Positions 1 through 9,139 of a stretch of DNA of 27,577 bases are shown here, in pieces. The translations under genes were made by a program, and so were the position numbers. The notes under the pieces were generated by a model. The model did not search any database. It saw only the letters and a program-made list of their open reading frames with translations, and was not told the origin of the DNA. The DNA comes from Vibrio cholerae ATCC 14035. GTDB taxonomy: Bacteria; Pseudomonadota; Gammaproteobacteria; Enterobacterales; Vibrionaceae. Position 1 is the first letter of the stretch; each line of letters starts with the position of its first letter. The DNA lies in contig NZ_KK211324.1 in the NCBI RefSeq assembly GCF_000621645.1, forward strand, positions 1-27,577, written 5' to 3'.

Positions 1-235
1 GCCTGTTGAGGCATCGATTTGGCTGTGAGCCCTTGCTGCGTCAACGAGGGCGCATTATAGAGATCCGCTTCACACTGGCAAGTGTTTTTTGAGAAGATTT
101 ATAGAAATAGCGCTTAATCGCTGCATTTGCGCGCAAGGGCTTATTTATCCCACTTTACTCAGAGTTTGATGACAACTTATCCACAGAGTTATTCTTTTTA
201 AGCTTTTGCTCTAGTCTATCTATAAAGAGAAAGTC

Positions 236-268
236 ATAAAAAAGCCCAACGATTTAGCGTTGGGCTTT
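236..268 (-). terminator. Rho-independent terminator downstream of fre
   Basis: Inverted repeat agcccaacg (243-251) / cgttgggct (258-266). The adjoining A-run on the + strand gives a U-run after the hairpin on the - strand. It lies about 30 nt past the fre stop. Confidence 0.6.
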
Positions 269-295
269 GTCTTGTATCTTGTTTATAGCTGCGCG

Positions 296-1006
296 TTAAA
301 TAAAGGCGTAAGCATCGGCAAACATTCGATCGCGTCGAGCTTGTTTGTTTTGAGTAAATTGCTCACGTGCGGCTCCAGCCATCTCAAAGCGACCTGCTAT
401 ATAGATGTCAAATGCTTCTAAACTTGCAAAGTCGTTGTTAATCGCTTGCAGTACATTGCCAACTTTTCCAGCCCAGTCATCTTGTGCTTGCTCGACCACT
501 GGAACAACCTGCAAATGAGCATGTTGCTTGGCAAGCTCTTGCAACTCATTCAGTGCGTACAGCTGAGCTGCATCACGCGCGCCCCAATACAGGTAGATAG
601 GCTGAGTTTTACCTTGCGAGAGGCAATGATCTAAGATGGAACGCACATAGCTAAAGCCGGTCCCGCCAGCGATTAAGAGTAGAGGTCGCTCACTCTCTTG
701 TAATGCGGCATTGCCATGTGGCACATCTACTTCAACCCATGTCTGATTAAGATGGGCTTGCTGAAATTTTTCCACGACTTGGTGGGCAAAGGCGCTGTGA
801 TCCGCCGCACCAATATGCAGTTCGAGCTCGCCATTGCTACGGCAAGGACTACTGGCAAGTGAAAATGGTCGCTTATCTTTTTCGCCCATCACCACCATTA
901 AATACTGCCCGGCTTGGTAAGCCACCGCGTGCTCGGGTTGTAATAGGATTTGGTAAGTATGCGTCGCCAGCGGCTGCACAGACTTAACTTGGCATTGAAT
1001 TATCAT
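296..1006 (-). CDS. fre: NAD(P)H-flavin reductase (Fre)
   Basis: 236-aa ORF collinear with remembered E. coli Fre. Shared segments include [51 protein letters not shown] and the C-terminal FADAYAFI. Good SD (gaggaag) upstream of the ATG. Confidence 0.95.
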   Translation of the reverse strand: MIIQCQVKSVQPLATHTYQILLQPEHAVAYQAGQYLMVVMGEKDKRPFSLASSPCRSNGELELHIGAADHSAFAHQVVEKFQQAHLNQTWVEVDVPHGNAALQESERPLLLIAGGTGFSYVRSILDHCLSQGKTQPIYLYWGARDAAQLYALNELQELAKQHAHLQVVPVVEQAQDDWAGKVGNVLQAINNDFASLEAFDIYIAGRFEMAGAAREQFTQNKQARRDRMFADAYAFI

Positions 1007-1021
1007 TGAACTTCCTCTGGC

Positions 1022-1291
1022 TTACTCTTCAAAAGTCAGCACTAAATCAGTAATTGCGCAGGCTTGGCAGGCAAATATCCACCCTGTCGCTTTTTCTTGT
1101 TCGGTCAATAACGGTTCGAGTTCATACTCCACCTCACCTTCAACCAACTTACATAAGCAAGCGGCACAGGCGCCGATTCGGCAGCGGTGGGGAAAGGCTA
1201 TTTGCTGGTTGAGCGCAGCATCAAGCACCGTTTCACCTGAGTGAATTATAAATTGTCTATCATTAGGCACGATGCGGACGGTATAGGTCAT
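1022..1291 (-). CDS. Small plant-type 2Fe-2S ferredoxin
   Basis: 89-aa ORF with the cluster motif C-x4-C-x2-C (CRIGACAAC) plus distal cysteines (FACQAC). Its ATG overlaps the ubiD stop as ATGA (1288-1291). It ends 15 nt before the fre start. Confidence 0.8.
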   Translation of the reverse strand: MTYTVRIVPNDRQFIIHSGETVLDAALNQQIAFPHRCRIGACAACLCKLVEGEVEYELEPLLTEQEKATGWIFACQACAITDLVLTFEE

Positions 1292-3129
1292 ACAATGCCT
1301 AACTCATCCCATAACGAATCGATTTTCGCGACTAGCTTAGGATCTTTTCGGATCGGAGTACCCCATTCACGTTCGACTTCGTCAGGCAGTTTATTGGTTG
1401 CATCAAAGCAGATCAAATCTTGGCCAACGATTCGTAAGCTATCACGTGCCGGATCCATGCGTGTGGTCATTGCCCAGATCACATCATTCCAGTCATGGAT
1501 ATTCACGTCATCATCGCACAAGATCACAAACTTAAGCGGCGAGTCACCATTGAGTTTATCGACTACACGCTGTAACAGTTGCTGTGCCTGCCCTGCTTCC
1601 TGCTTATTAATAAGTAGAAGAACCAACTTATCATTCGCCGCCTCCGGTAATGCAACATCCAACACATCCGCTTCATCACTCAAGCAGGCTTTTAGCGCTT
1701 CCAGTGAAAGTTCCGTTGTCTTGTCACTCTGGTCAGAATTAGAAACCGCCAGCTCTGCAGGCCATTTGGCGGTGGCATCCAAACCGATTTTTGAGCCTAA
1801 ACCCACCACTGGTGAAGCAAAATCCAGCGAGTCAATCGGCGTATGCTCAATAAATAGAGTATCGCGCAGAGGCGACATGTGATTGACCATAGCGGCAATC
1901 ACTTGTGGCCAATCGCGCGCATTCACTTGTTCATCACACACAATCACAAACTTGGTGTACATAAATTGACGTAGGAATGACCACACACCCAGCATCACCC
2001 GCTTAGCGTGTCCCGGATACTGTTTCTTAAGTGTCACTATCGCCATGCGATACGAGCAGCCTTCTGGCGGCAGATAAAAATCGGCAATTTCAGGAAACTG
2101 CTTTTGCAAGATAGGTACGAAGACTTCGTTAAGCGCCACACCAAGCACGGCGGGTTCATCGGGCGGACGCCCTGTATAGGTGCTGTGATAAATCGGCTTA
2201 TTACGCATGGTCACATGAGTGACAGTGAACACATGATGGCGCTCAACCTCGTTGTAATAACCCGTGTGGTCACCATAAGGACCTTCATCTGCAAATTCGT
2301 TAGGATCGATATAGCCTTCGAGCACGATTTCAGCACTTGCGGGCACTTCCAGATCGTTACTGATCGACTTGACCACTTCAGTACGACTGCCACGCAACAG
2401 TCCAGCAAACGCGTATTCAGATAAGGTATCTGGGACGGGTGTTACTGCACCGAGAATGGTCGCCGGATCGGCACCAAACGCCACGCTGACAGGAAAAGGC
2501 TCTCCGGGATGTTTTTCCATCCAATCCCGCAAGTCTAATGCCCCTCCGCGATGGGCTAACCAACGCATGATGACTTTATTACGGGCGATTTTTTGCTGAC
2601 GATAGATCCCAAGGTTTTGGCGCTTTTTATGTGGGCCACGCGTAATGGTTAAACCCCAAGTTAAAAGTGGTGCAACATCGTCCGGCCAGCAGCTCATCAC
2701 AGGGATTTTATCGAGATCAACCGCATCACCCTGCCACACGATTTCTTGGCAAGGAGCACGACGCAAGCGCTTAACTGGCATATTGAGCACTTGTTTAAAA
2801 ACGGGCAGCTTTTCAATCAGCTCTTTTAAACCACGAGGCGGTTCTGGCTCTTTAAGATAAGCCAACCACTGACCGACATCACGCAGCTCTTGAACCTGCT
2901 GTCGCCCCATGCCCATAGCAACGCGTTCTGGCGTACCAAACAAATTGGTTAGCACTGGAAAGTCGTAACCTAGCGGATTTTCAAACAACAACGCTGGGCC
3001 TTTAGCACGTAACGTCCGGTCGCTGATCTCGGTCATTTCATAATGCGGATCAATCGGATGGGTAATACGTTTTAGCTCACCACGTTGCTCTAAATAGTCA
3101 AGAAAATCCCGTAAGTCCTTAAAATTCAT
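1288..3129 (-). CDS. ubiD: 4-hydroxy-3-polyprenylbenzoate decarboxylase (UbiD), long Vibrio-type form
   Basis: Strong similarity to E. coli UbiD from [22 protein letters not shown] onward, so the start is placed at the ATG at 3129 rather than the track start at 3177. About 115 aa longer than E. coli UbiD because of an internal partially duplicated segment near the C-terminus. Confidence 0.9.
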   Translation of the reverse strand: MNFKDLRDFLDYLEQRGELKRITHPIDPHYEMTEISDRTLRAKGPALLFENPLGYDFPVLTNLFGTPERVAMGMGRQQVQELRDVGQWLAYLKEPEPPRGLKELIEKLPVFKQVLNMPVKRLRRAPCQEIVWQGDAVDLDKIPVMSCWPDDVAPLLTWGLTITRGPHKKRQNLGIYRQQKIARNKVIMRWLAHRGGALDLRDWMEKHPGEPFPVSVAFGADPATILGAVTPVPDTLSEYAFAGLLRGSRTEVVKSISNDLEVPASAEIVLEGYIDPNEFADEGPYGDHTGYYNEVERHHVFTVTHVTMRNKPIYHSTYTGRPPDEPAVLGVALNEVFVPILQKQFPEIADFYLPPEGCSYRMAIVTLKKQYPGHAKRVMLGVWSFLRQFMYTKFVIVCDEQVNARDWPQVIAAMVNHMSPLRDTLFIEHTPIDSLDFASPVVGLGSKIGLDATAKWPAELAVSNSDQSDKTTELSLEALKACLSDEADVLDVALPEAANDKLVLLLINKQEAGQAQQLLQRVVDKLNGDSPLKFVILCDDDVNIHDWNDVIWAMTTRMDPARDSLRIVGQDLICFDATNKLPDEVEREWGTPIRKDPKLVAKIDSLWDELGIV

Positions 3130-3210
3130 AGGTCTACTACTCGTTGACAGCGATAGCGGCAGTATAACAAACCTCAAGATTGTTCTGCGCCATTTTCTTA
3201 CATTTGTTGG

Positions 3211-3672
3211 TTATGGATTCAGTACCGCTAAAATCGCTTGCTGTTTCACCGCTCGATTCGAGCTGACTAACTCATGCAACCATCCTTGATAACCCGATTG
3301 AGCAAGCATACTCGCAACCTGAGAGGCATTTTCACTTTGTCCTAGTTTCTCAATTAAGAATTGCTCAACCTCCATCGACATAGGGCGTATTTCAATCAAT
3401 GCTTGCAGTGCCTCTTGCTTAAGGCTGGGATTTTCGACAGCAAGCATTAATTGCTGTTTAGCAAAACCATCGGCTTGCGCCCCTAAACGAGCAACCTCTT
3501 GCCTAATTTCATCATTAGCCTTCATTAACCAAAGCCTTTGATACAAGGCATGGCTTTGACTACGCCGCGCAAATTGCACCATCACCGTTGCCGAGGGCAG
3601 CCAACTCGTCACCTGCTCAGTAGTAATTTGGGCAATCAAACGCTCCATGGCTTGCGGTGATAAACGATGCAA
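3211..3672 (-). CDS. Hypothetical helical-repeat protein, possibly the C-terminal part of a TAG-interrupted gene
   Basis: 153-codon ORF whose only upstream start candidate is a TTG without a usable SD. It is in the same frame as ORF 3733..4206, separated from it by one TAG and 20 open codons. Confidence 0.4.
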   Translation of the reverse strand: MHRLSPQAMERLIAQITTEQVTSWLPSATVMVQFARRSQSHALYQRLWLMKANDEIRQEVARLGAQADGFAKQQLMLAVENPSLKQEALQALIEIRPMSMEVEQFLIEKLGQSENASQVASMLAQSGYQGWLHELVSSNRAVKQQAILAVLNP

Positions 3673-3732
3673 CTCTGTGAGTAATAAGCGCTGACGAACA
3701 TCTACTGATTGAGCCGAAGAACCAGAAATCCA

Positions 3733-4206
3733 CTACTCACGCAGATTGAGTTCGCCATTTTCTGCTTGTAACACAAACATCATGATATCTTGTTGCTGCT
3801 GTGCTTGTTTTAACAGTCGATGGGCGATAGCGGCATAATCAAAAGCGGGGACAGAGAACTCATAACCGTCGCCCCGTTCAGCAATCAAATAATTGGGTGT
3901 CTGTGATTTTTGAGCAGCAATGAATACGGCAAGCTCCTCCGTTAAGATCAACTGGCCTTGTTCAAATTTTTGCAATAGAAGAAAACGCACGACTTCTTGT
4001 GCGGGATAACTGATACGCTGCAAATTGAACTGTAAGCGATCTACTTCATTGTGCAGTGCGAGCAGATAAAGCTCTTCGGCTTTCTGTTGGGTCTGTGGCT
4101 CCGCAAGCCAAAGCTCACGCTCTGTTGCCGTGATATCACCACCAAGCGCGTAAGGCGGCAAACCTAACAAAAAGAGAAGAACGAGGCACAACCATCCTTG
4201 TTGCAT
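3733..4206 (-). CDS. Hypothetical exported protein with an N-terminal signal peptide
   Basis: 157-aa ORF. The N-terminus MQQGWLCLVLLFLLGLPPYALG looks like a Sec signal peptide. SD-like aaggagga lies just upstream of the ATG. No family recognised. Confidence 0.6.
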   Translation of the reverse strand: MQQGWLCLVLLFLLGLPPYALGGDITATERELWLAEPQTQQKAEELYLLALHNEVDRLQFNLQRISYPAQEVVRFLLLQKFEQGQLILTEELAVFIAAQKSQTPNYLIAERGDGYEFSVPAFDYAAIAHRLLKQAQQQQDIMMFVLQAENGELNLRE

Positions 4207-4260
4207 ATACTCCTCCTTGTTCGTTCTACATCAGTGTGGACACCACTGGTCTAGAACGCA

Positions 4261-4290
4261 AACAAAAACACCACCGCAAGGGTGGTGTTT
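4261..4290 (-). terminator. Rho-independent terminator downstream of rho
   Basis: Arms acaccacc (4268-4275) / ggtggtgt (4281-4288), followed on the - strand by ttttgtt. It lies 15 nt after the rho stop. Confidence 0.6.
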
Positions 4291-4304
4291 GAGATAACGT
4301 TCAA

Positions 4305-5564
4305 TTACTGTCGACGCATCGCGTCAAAGAACTCATCGTTGGTTTTGGTCATGGCTAACTTATCAATCAGGAATTCCATCGCATCGGTTTCGCCCATTGG
4401 GTGAACGATCTTGCGTAGAATCCACATCTTTTGTAGCTCATCGGTCTTAGTCAGTAACTCTTCACGACGCGTACCTGAACGGTTGAAGTCGATAGCTGGG
4501 AAAACACGTTTTTCAGCAATCTTACGGTTCAAGTGCAGTTCCATGTTACCTGTACCTTTGAACTCTTCATAAATCACTTCATCCATCTTAGAACCGGTAT
4601 CAACCAGTGCAGTAGCGATGATGGTCAAGCTACCACCTTCTTCTACATTACGTGCCGCACCAAAGAAACGCTTAGGACGATGCAATGCGTTCGCATCCAC
4701 ACCACCGGTCAGTACTTTACCTGATGCAGGAACCACAGTGTTGTAGGCACGCGCTAGACGAGTAATTGAATCCAGTAGGATCACCACGTCTTTCTTGTGT
4801 TCAACCAGACGTTTGGCTTTTTCAATCACCATTTCTGCCACTTGTACGTGGCGCGATGCTGGCTCATCAAAGGTTGAAGCAACCACTTCACCTTTTACTA
4901 GGCGCTGCATCTCAGTCACTTCTTCTGGACGCTCGTCAATCAGCAGTACCATCAGCACACACTCAGGGTGATTGCTGGCGATGCTTTGAGCGATGTTTTG
5001 TAGCAGCATGGTTTTACCCGCTTTTGGCGGAGCAACGATCAAACCACGTTGACCTTTACCAATCGGTGCTGCCAAATCGAGAACACGCGCCGTGATGTCT
5101 TCTGTGGAGCCATTGCCACGTTCCATCACCATACGTTCATTGGCGTGTAGAGGAGTTAAGTTCTCGAAAAGGATTTTGTTGCGGGCGTTGTCTGGACGGT
5201 CATCGTTTACAGTGTTCACTTTGAGCAATGCAAAGTAACGTTCACCCTCTTTCGGCGGACGAATTTTCCCGGCAATTGAGTCGCCTGTACGTAGGTTAAA
5301 GCGACGAATTTGGCTAGGTGACACATAGATGTCGTCAGGGCCAGCAAGGTATGAACTGTCTGCACTACGTAAGAAACCAAAACCGTCTTGAAGAATTTCC
5401 AGAACCCCATCGCCAAAAATGTCTTCACCACTTTTTGCGTGTGCTTTGAGGATTGCGAAAATAATGTCTTGTTTGCGTAGGCGTGCCAGGTTTTCAAGGC
5501 CCAGACTTTCGCCAAGCTTAACCAGATCAGACACAGGGGTGTTCTTCAGTTCTGTTAGATTCAT
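4305..5564 (-). CDS. rho: Transcription termination factor Rho
   Basis: 419 aa, near-identical in layout to E. coli Rho: [15 protein letters not shown]-terminus, Walker A PPKAGKT, and C-terminal FFDAMRR. Confidence 0.98.
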   Translation of the reverse strand: MNLTELKNTPVSDLVKLGESLGLENLARLRKQDIIFAILKAHAKSGEDIFGDGVLEILQDGFGFLRSADSSYLAGPDDIYVSPSQIRRFNLRTGDSIAGKIRPPKEGERYFALLKVNTVNDDRPDNARNKILFENLTPLHANERMVMERGNGSTEDITARVLDLAAPIGKGQRGLIVAPPKAGKTMLLQNIAQSIASNHPECVLMVLLIDERPEEVTEMQRLVKGEVVASTFDEPASRHVQVAEMVIEKAKRLVEHKKDVVILLDSITRLARAYNTVVPASGKVLTGGVDANALHRPKRFFGAARNVEEGGSLTIIATALVDTGSKMDEVIYEEFKGTGNMELHLNRKIAEKRVFPAIDFNRSGTRREELLTKTDELQKMWILRKIVHPMGETDAMEFLIDKLAMTKTNDEFFDAMRRQ

Positions 5565-5710
5565 TGTGGTGGATACTTAGTTAGTCAAAAAGGATCGTTG
5601 TTAAGTTAAGATGGATATGGTCTCAGGATTGACCAAGAAGTGAACAACTGTTTAATTAACGTGCGATAAACTAGCACTAAATATTAGCCTAGTCTAGAAA
5701 TTGTTTTTTG

Positions 5711-5744
5711 CCAAAAACAAAACCGTACATATTGCTATGTACGG
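5711..5744 (-). terminator. Rho-independent terminator downstream of trxA
   Basis: Arms ccgtacat (5723-5730) / atgtacgg (5737-5744), followed on the - strand by ttttgttttt. Confidence 0.65.
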
Positions 5745-5761
5745 CTTGGCGGTCTGACTCA

Positions 5762-6088
5762 TTACAGGTTCGCGTCTAGGAACTCTTTCAGTTGAGTCTT
5801 TGATAGCGCACCAACTTTAGTCGCTACCACACTGCCATCTTTAAACAGCAGCAGTGTTGGGATGCCGCGGATACCAAACTTAGGTGGTGTTCCCGCGTTA
5901 TGGTCAATATTCAGTTTACCGATAGTGAGTTTGCCTGCGTATTCGTCAGCCACTTCATCTAGGATCGGGGCAATCATCTTACAAGGACCACACCACTCCG
6001 CCCAAAAGTCAACTAGAACCGGGCCTGCAGCTTTGATTACATCGTTCTCGAAACCGTCATCGGTCAGCTGCAAAATTTTGTCACTCAT
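5762..6088 (-). CDS. trxA: Thioredoxin 1
   Basis: 108 aa with the WCGPCK active site and the E. coli TrxA-like ends SDKI...LDANL. Confidence 0.97.
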   Translation of the reverse strand: MSDKILQLTDDGFENDVIKAAGPVLVDFWAEWCGPCKMIAPILDEVADEYAGKLTIGKLNIDHNAGTPPKFGIRGIPTLLLFKDGSVVATKVGALSKTQLKEFLDANL

Positions 6089-6199
6089 CTTTCACTCCAA
6101 TGTGATTTTCTGCACTGGTGATAACTCAACCAGTAAATAGATGCTCTATTGGAATGTATTTACTTCCGTATTGCAAGCGTAAGCTGATATTCTATAGCC

Positions 6200-7516
6200 A
6201 TGAAAAAGACGCATATCACAGAGCATAAGTTCGCCGACTTTGGTTTACAGCCACAAGTTATTGATGGACTGGAAAAAAAGGGGTTTGTTTACTGCACCCC
6301 TATCCAAGCATTGGCGTTGCCGGTACTGCTCTCCGGCCAAGACATCGCAGGCCAGGCCCAAACAGGGACTGGTAAAACGCTCGCGTTTCTTACTGCTACC
6401 TTCAACCATTTATTGACCACACCAGCCGCTGAAGGCCGAGCAGAAACTCAGCCACGCGCCATTATTATGGCCCCGACTCGCGAACTGGCAATTCAGATCT
6501 TTAATGATGCCGAGCCTTTGTTGGCCTCCACTGGTCTGAAAGCAGCTTTGGCTTATGGTGGCGAAAGCTATGATAAGCAACTCGCAAAATTGCAAAGTGG
6601 CGTCGATATTCTGATCGGGACCACCGGCCGCATTATCGATTTCTACAAACAGCGTGTATTCAACCTCAATCACATTCAAGCAGTGGTACTGGATGAAGCA
6701 GATCGCATGTTTGATCTCGGCTTTATTAAAGACATTCGTTTCTTGTTCCGCCGTATGCCTGAGCCCAAAGATCGTCTCAACATGCTGTTCTCTGCCACCC
6801 TCTCTTACCGCGTGCAAGAGCTGGCTTTTGAACACATGAACAATCCTGAACATGTGGTGGTAGAACCTGAGCAAAAAACCGGTCATCGCATTCAGGAAGA
6901 GCTGTTCTACCCATCGAACGAACACAAGATGGCGCTGCTACAGACTCTTATCGAAGAAGAGTGGCCAGATCGCGCAATCATTTTTGCTAACACTAAGCAC
7001 CGCTGTGAACAGATTTGGGCACATTTGGCGGCCGATAACCACCGTGTTGGCCTACTGACTGGTGATGTACCGCAGAAAAAACGTGAGCGTATTTTAGAGC
7101 AGTTCACCCAAGGTGATGTGGACATTCTGGTTGCGACCGACGTTGCGGCGCGCGGCTTGCACATTCCTCAAGTGACCCACGTGTTTAACTACGATTTGCC
7201 TGACGATTGTGAAGACTATGTACACCGTATTGGCCGTACGGGTCGTGCGGGCGCAAGTGGCCACTCGATAAGCTTTGCGTGTGAAGAGTACGCGATTAAT
7301 TTGCCGGCGATCGAAAGCTACATTGAGCATGCGATTCCAACCTCAGACTACGATCCTTCAGCTCTGCTGACGGACTTACCTGCGCCTCTGAGCCTACGTT
7401 CGTCGCCACAACAGCGCCGCACCAATACCGCAGGTTCTCGCAATAGCAATAATGGTGGCAATCGCAAACCTCAGCAACGCCGCCCACGCGCACCACGCCC
7501 GAAAAAGGAAGCCTGA
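6200..7516 (+). CDS. rhlB: ATP-dependent RNA helicase RhlB (DEAD-box)
   Basis: 438 aa with [12 protein letters not shown] (VLDEADRMF), [13 protein letters not shown] and an Arg/Pro-rich C-terminal tail. Conserved position between trxA and gppA. Confidence 0.95.
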
Positions 7517-7523
7517 TTTCGCT

Positions 7524-9017
7524 ATGAGCCAAGCCGTTTCTTCACCCTTGTATGCTGCCATTGATTTAGGTTCCAACAGTTTTCACATGTTGGTCGTGCG
7601 TCATATCGATGGCAGTGTGCAGACAATGGCAAAAATCAAACGTAAGGTGCGTCTGGCAGCCGGTCTAGATGAACACAACGCCTTGAGCTTAGATGCGATG
7701 CAAAGAGGGTGGGATTGTCTCAGCCTTTTTGCCGAGCGACTGCAAGATATTCCCGCAGAGAATATCCGAATTGTAGGGACCGCAACCCTGCGTACCGCCA
7801 CCAATGCCGGTGAATTTATCGCTAAAGCGAACCAGATTTTAGGCCATCCGATCGACGTTATTTCCGGTGAAGAAGAAGCGGCCACTATCTATAAAGGAGT
7901 CGCGCACACTTCGGGAGGTTTAGGGCGTCGCTTAGTAGTGGATATTGGTGGTGCGAGTACCGAGCTGATTATCGGTGAAGGTTTTGAAGCCAAAGCCCTC
8001 ACCAGCTTGAAAATGGGTTGTGTGACTTGGTTAGAGCGCCATTTCAAAGATCGTCAGCTGACGGCCACCAACTTTAATAACGCCATTTTAGCCGCCAAAC
8101 AGATGCTGGATCCGATCCTCACTCAATACACTGAGCTTGGCTGGAATGTGTGTGTTGGAGCCAGTGGTACGGTACAAGCACTGCAAGAGATCATGCTGGC
8201 GCAAGGCATGGATGAAGTCATTACGCTGACCAAACTCAAGCGTTTACAAAAGCAAGCCATGCTGGCCGATCATCTCGAAGAGCTGGATATCGAAGGGTTA
8301 ACGCTGGAACGTGCTCTGGTTTTCCCAAGTGGCCTATCGATTCTGATTGCGATTTTTGAATCACTGAACATCGAAGCGATGACGCTAGCGGGCGGTGCTC
8401 TGCGTGAAGGTCTCGTCTATGAGATGGTTCAAGACCTACGCCAAGAAGATATTCGAGCGCGCACCATTCGCTGTGTACAAACCCGTTATCAGATCGATAG
8501 CGCTTATGGTGATCAAGTCGCCACTCTCGCCAGTAAACTGCTCGCGCAATGTGGCGGTGAAGCGTGGATCAATGAACCACAAGCAGAGATGTTGCTGCGT
8601 ACGGCAGCTAAGTTGCATGAAATTGGTCTCACCATCGATTTCAAAAAAGGGGGGGAGCACAGCGCTTACCTACTCCAACATCTTGATCTGCCCGGTTATA
8701 CCCGCGCCCAAAAACATTATTTAGGTGAAATCGTACGTCGCTATCGCGAACAGTTAACTTCGTTACCTGAACAATATGCACTGTCAGGCACCAGTGGTAA
8801 ACGCGTACTGCGTTTGCTGCGCCTTGCTGTCCTCTTAAGCCATCGACGCAGCCCGGCGTTAGAGCCGATGGTAGAATTGAGCGCACAAGAGGACAAGCTG
8901 ACGCTCACGCTTGACGGTGAATGGCTGGCAAAAAATCCACTGACTCGTACAGAGTTAGAGTTAGAAGCCAACCGTCAAACCGATATTGGCTGGCCTCTGT
9001 CGATTGAATGCCACTAA
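7524..9017 (+). CDS. gppA: Guanosine pentaphosphate phosphohydrolase (GppA, Ppx/GppA family)
   Basis: Collinear with remembered E. coli GppA from [17 protein letters not shown] through WPL..E.H. The start is set at the ATG at 7524, 7 nt after the rhlB stop, rather than the track start at 7452, which overlaps rhlB. Confidence 0.9.
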
Positions 9018-9025
9018 GCACTCAT

Positions 9026-9059
9026 AAGTATTAAGCCCTCATCTGAGGGCTTAATACTT
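9026..9059. terminator. Long perfect hairpin between convergent gppA and the sensor kinase gene
   Basis: 16-bp inverted repeat aagtattaagccctca / tgagggcttaatactt. There is no strong U-run on either side, so terminator function is inferred from its position only. Confidence 0.5.
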
Positions 9060-9139
9060 ACTGTACCTTCAATATTCCTAAACGACTTGAAGTTGCAAGT
9101 AGGCAGCGTATAGACGGTTGTTTTGAACAGACCATCGGC

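Noticed and set aside
71-90. Short hairpin acact/agtgt followed by T6, a possible terminator of a gene to the left of the window
   Set aside because: The stem is only 5 bp and the gene it would terminate is not visible, so support is too weak to report as a feature.
177-185. Perfect consensus DnaA box TTATCCACA in the intergenic DNA left of fre
   Set aside because: It is a single isolated 9-mer with no cluster of additional boxes, no adjacent A/T-rich unwinding element and no GATC cluster. One chance occurrence in about 55 kb of two-strand sequence is not surprising. It might still be a regulatory DnaA site, but the sequence alone does not support that.
1241-1882. 213-aa + strand ORF
   Set aside because: It lies entirely antisense to the strongly conserved ubiD and ferredoxin coding sequence, and its product is a low-complexity Ser-rich translation. 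It is a shadow ORF.
3130-3177. N-terminal extension of ubiD in the ORF track ([16 protein letters not shown])
   Set aside because: Homology to UbiD begins at MNFKDLRDF, and the extension has no counterpart in UbiD.
7452-7523. Upstream extension of gppA overlapping the rhlB 3' end
   Set aside because: GppA homology starts at the ATG at 7524. The extension would overlap rhlB by 65 nt.
6410-7576. Several - strand ORFs (6410..6925, 6907..7164, 7094..7330, 7296..7532, 7394..7576)
   Set aside because: All are antisense to rhlB or gppA, whose products are unambiguous. None has a recognisable motif.
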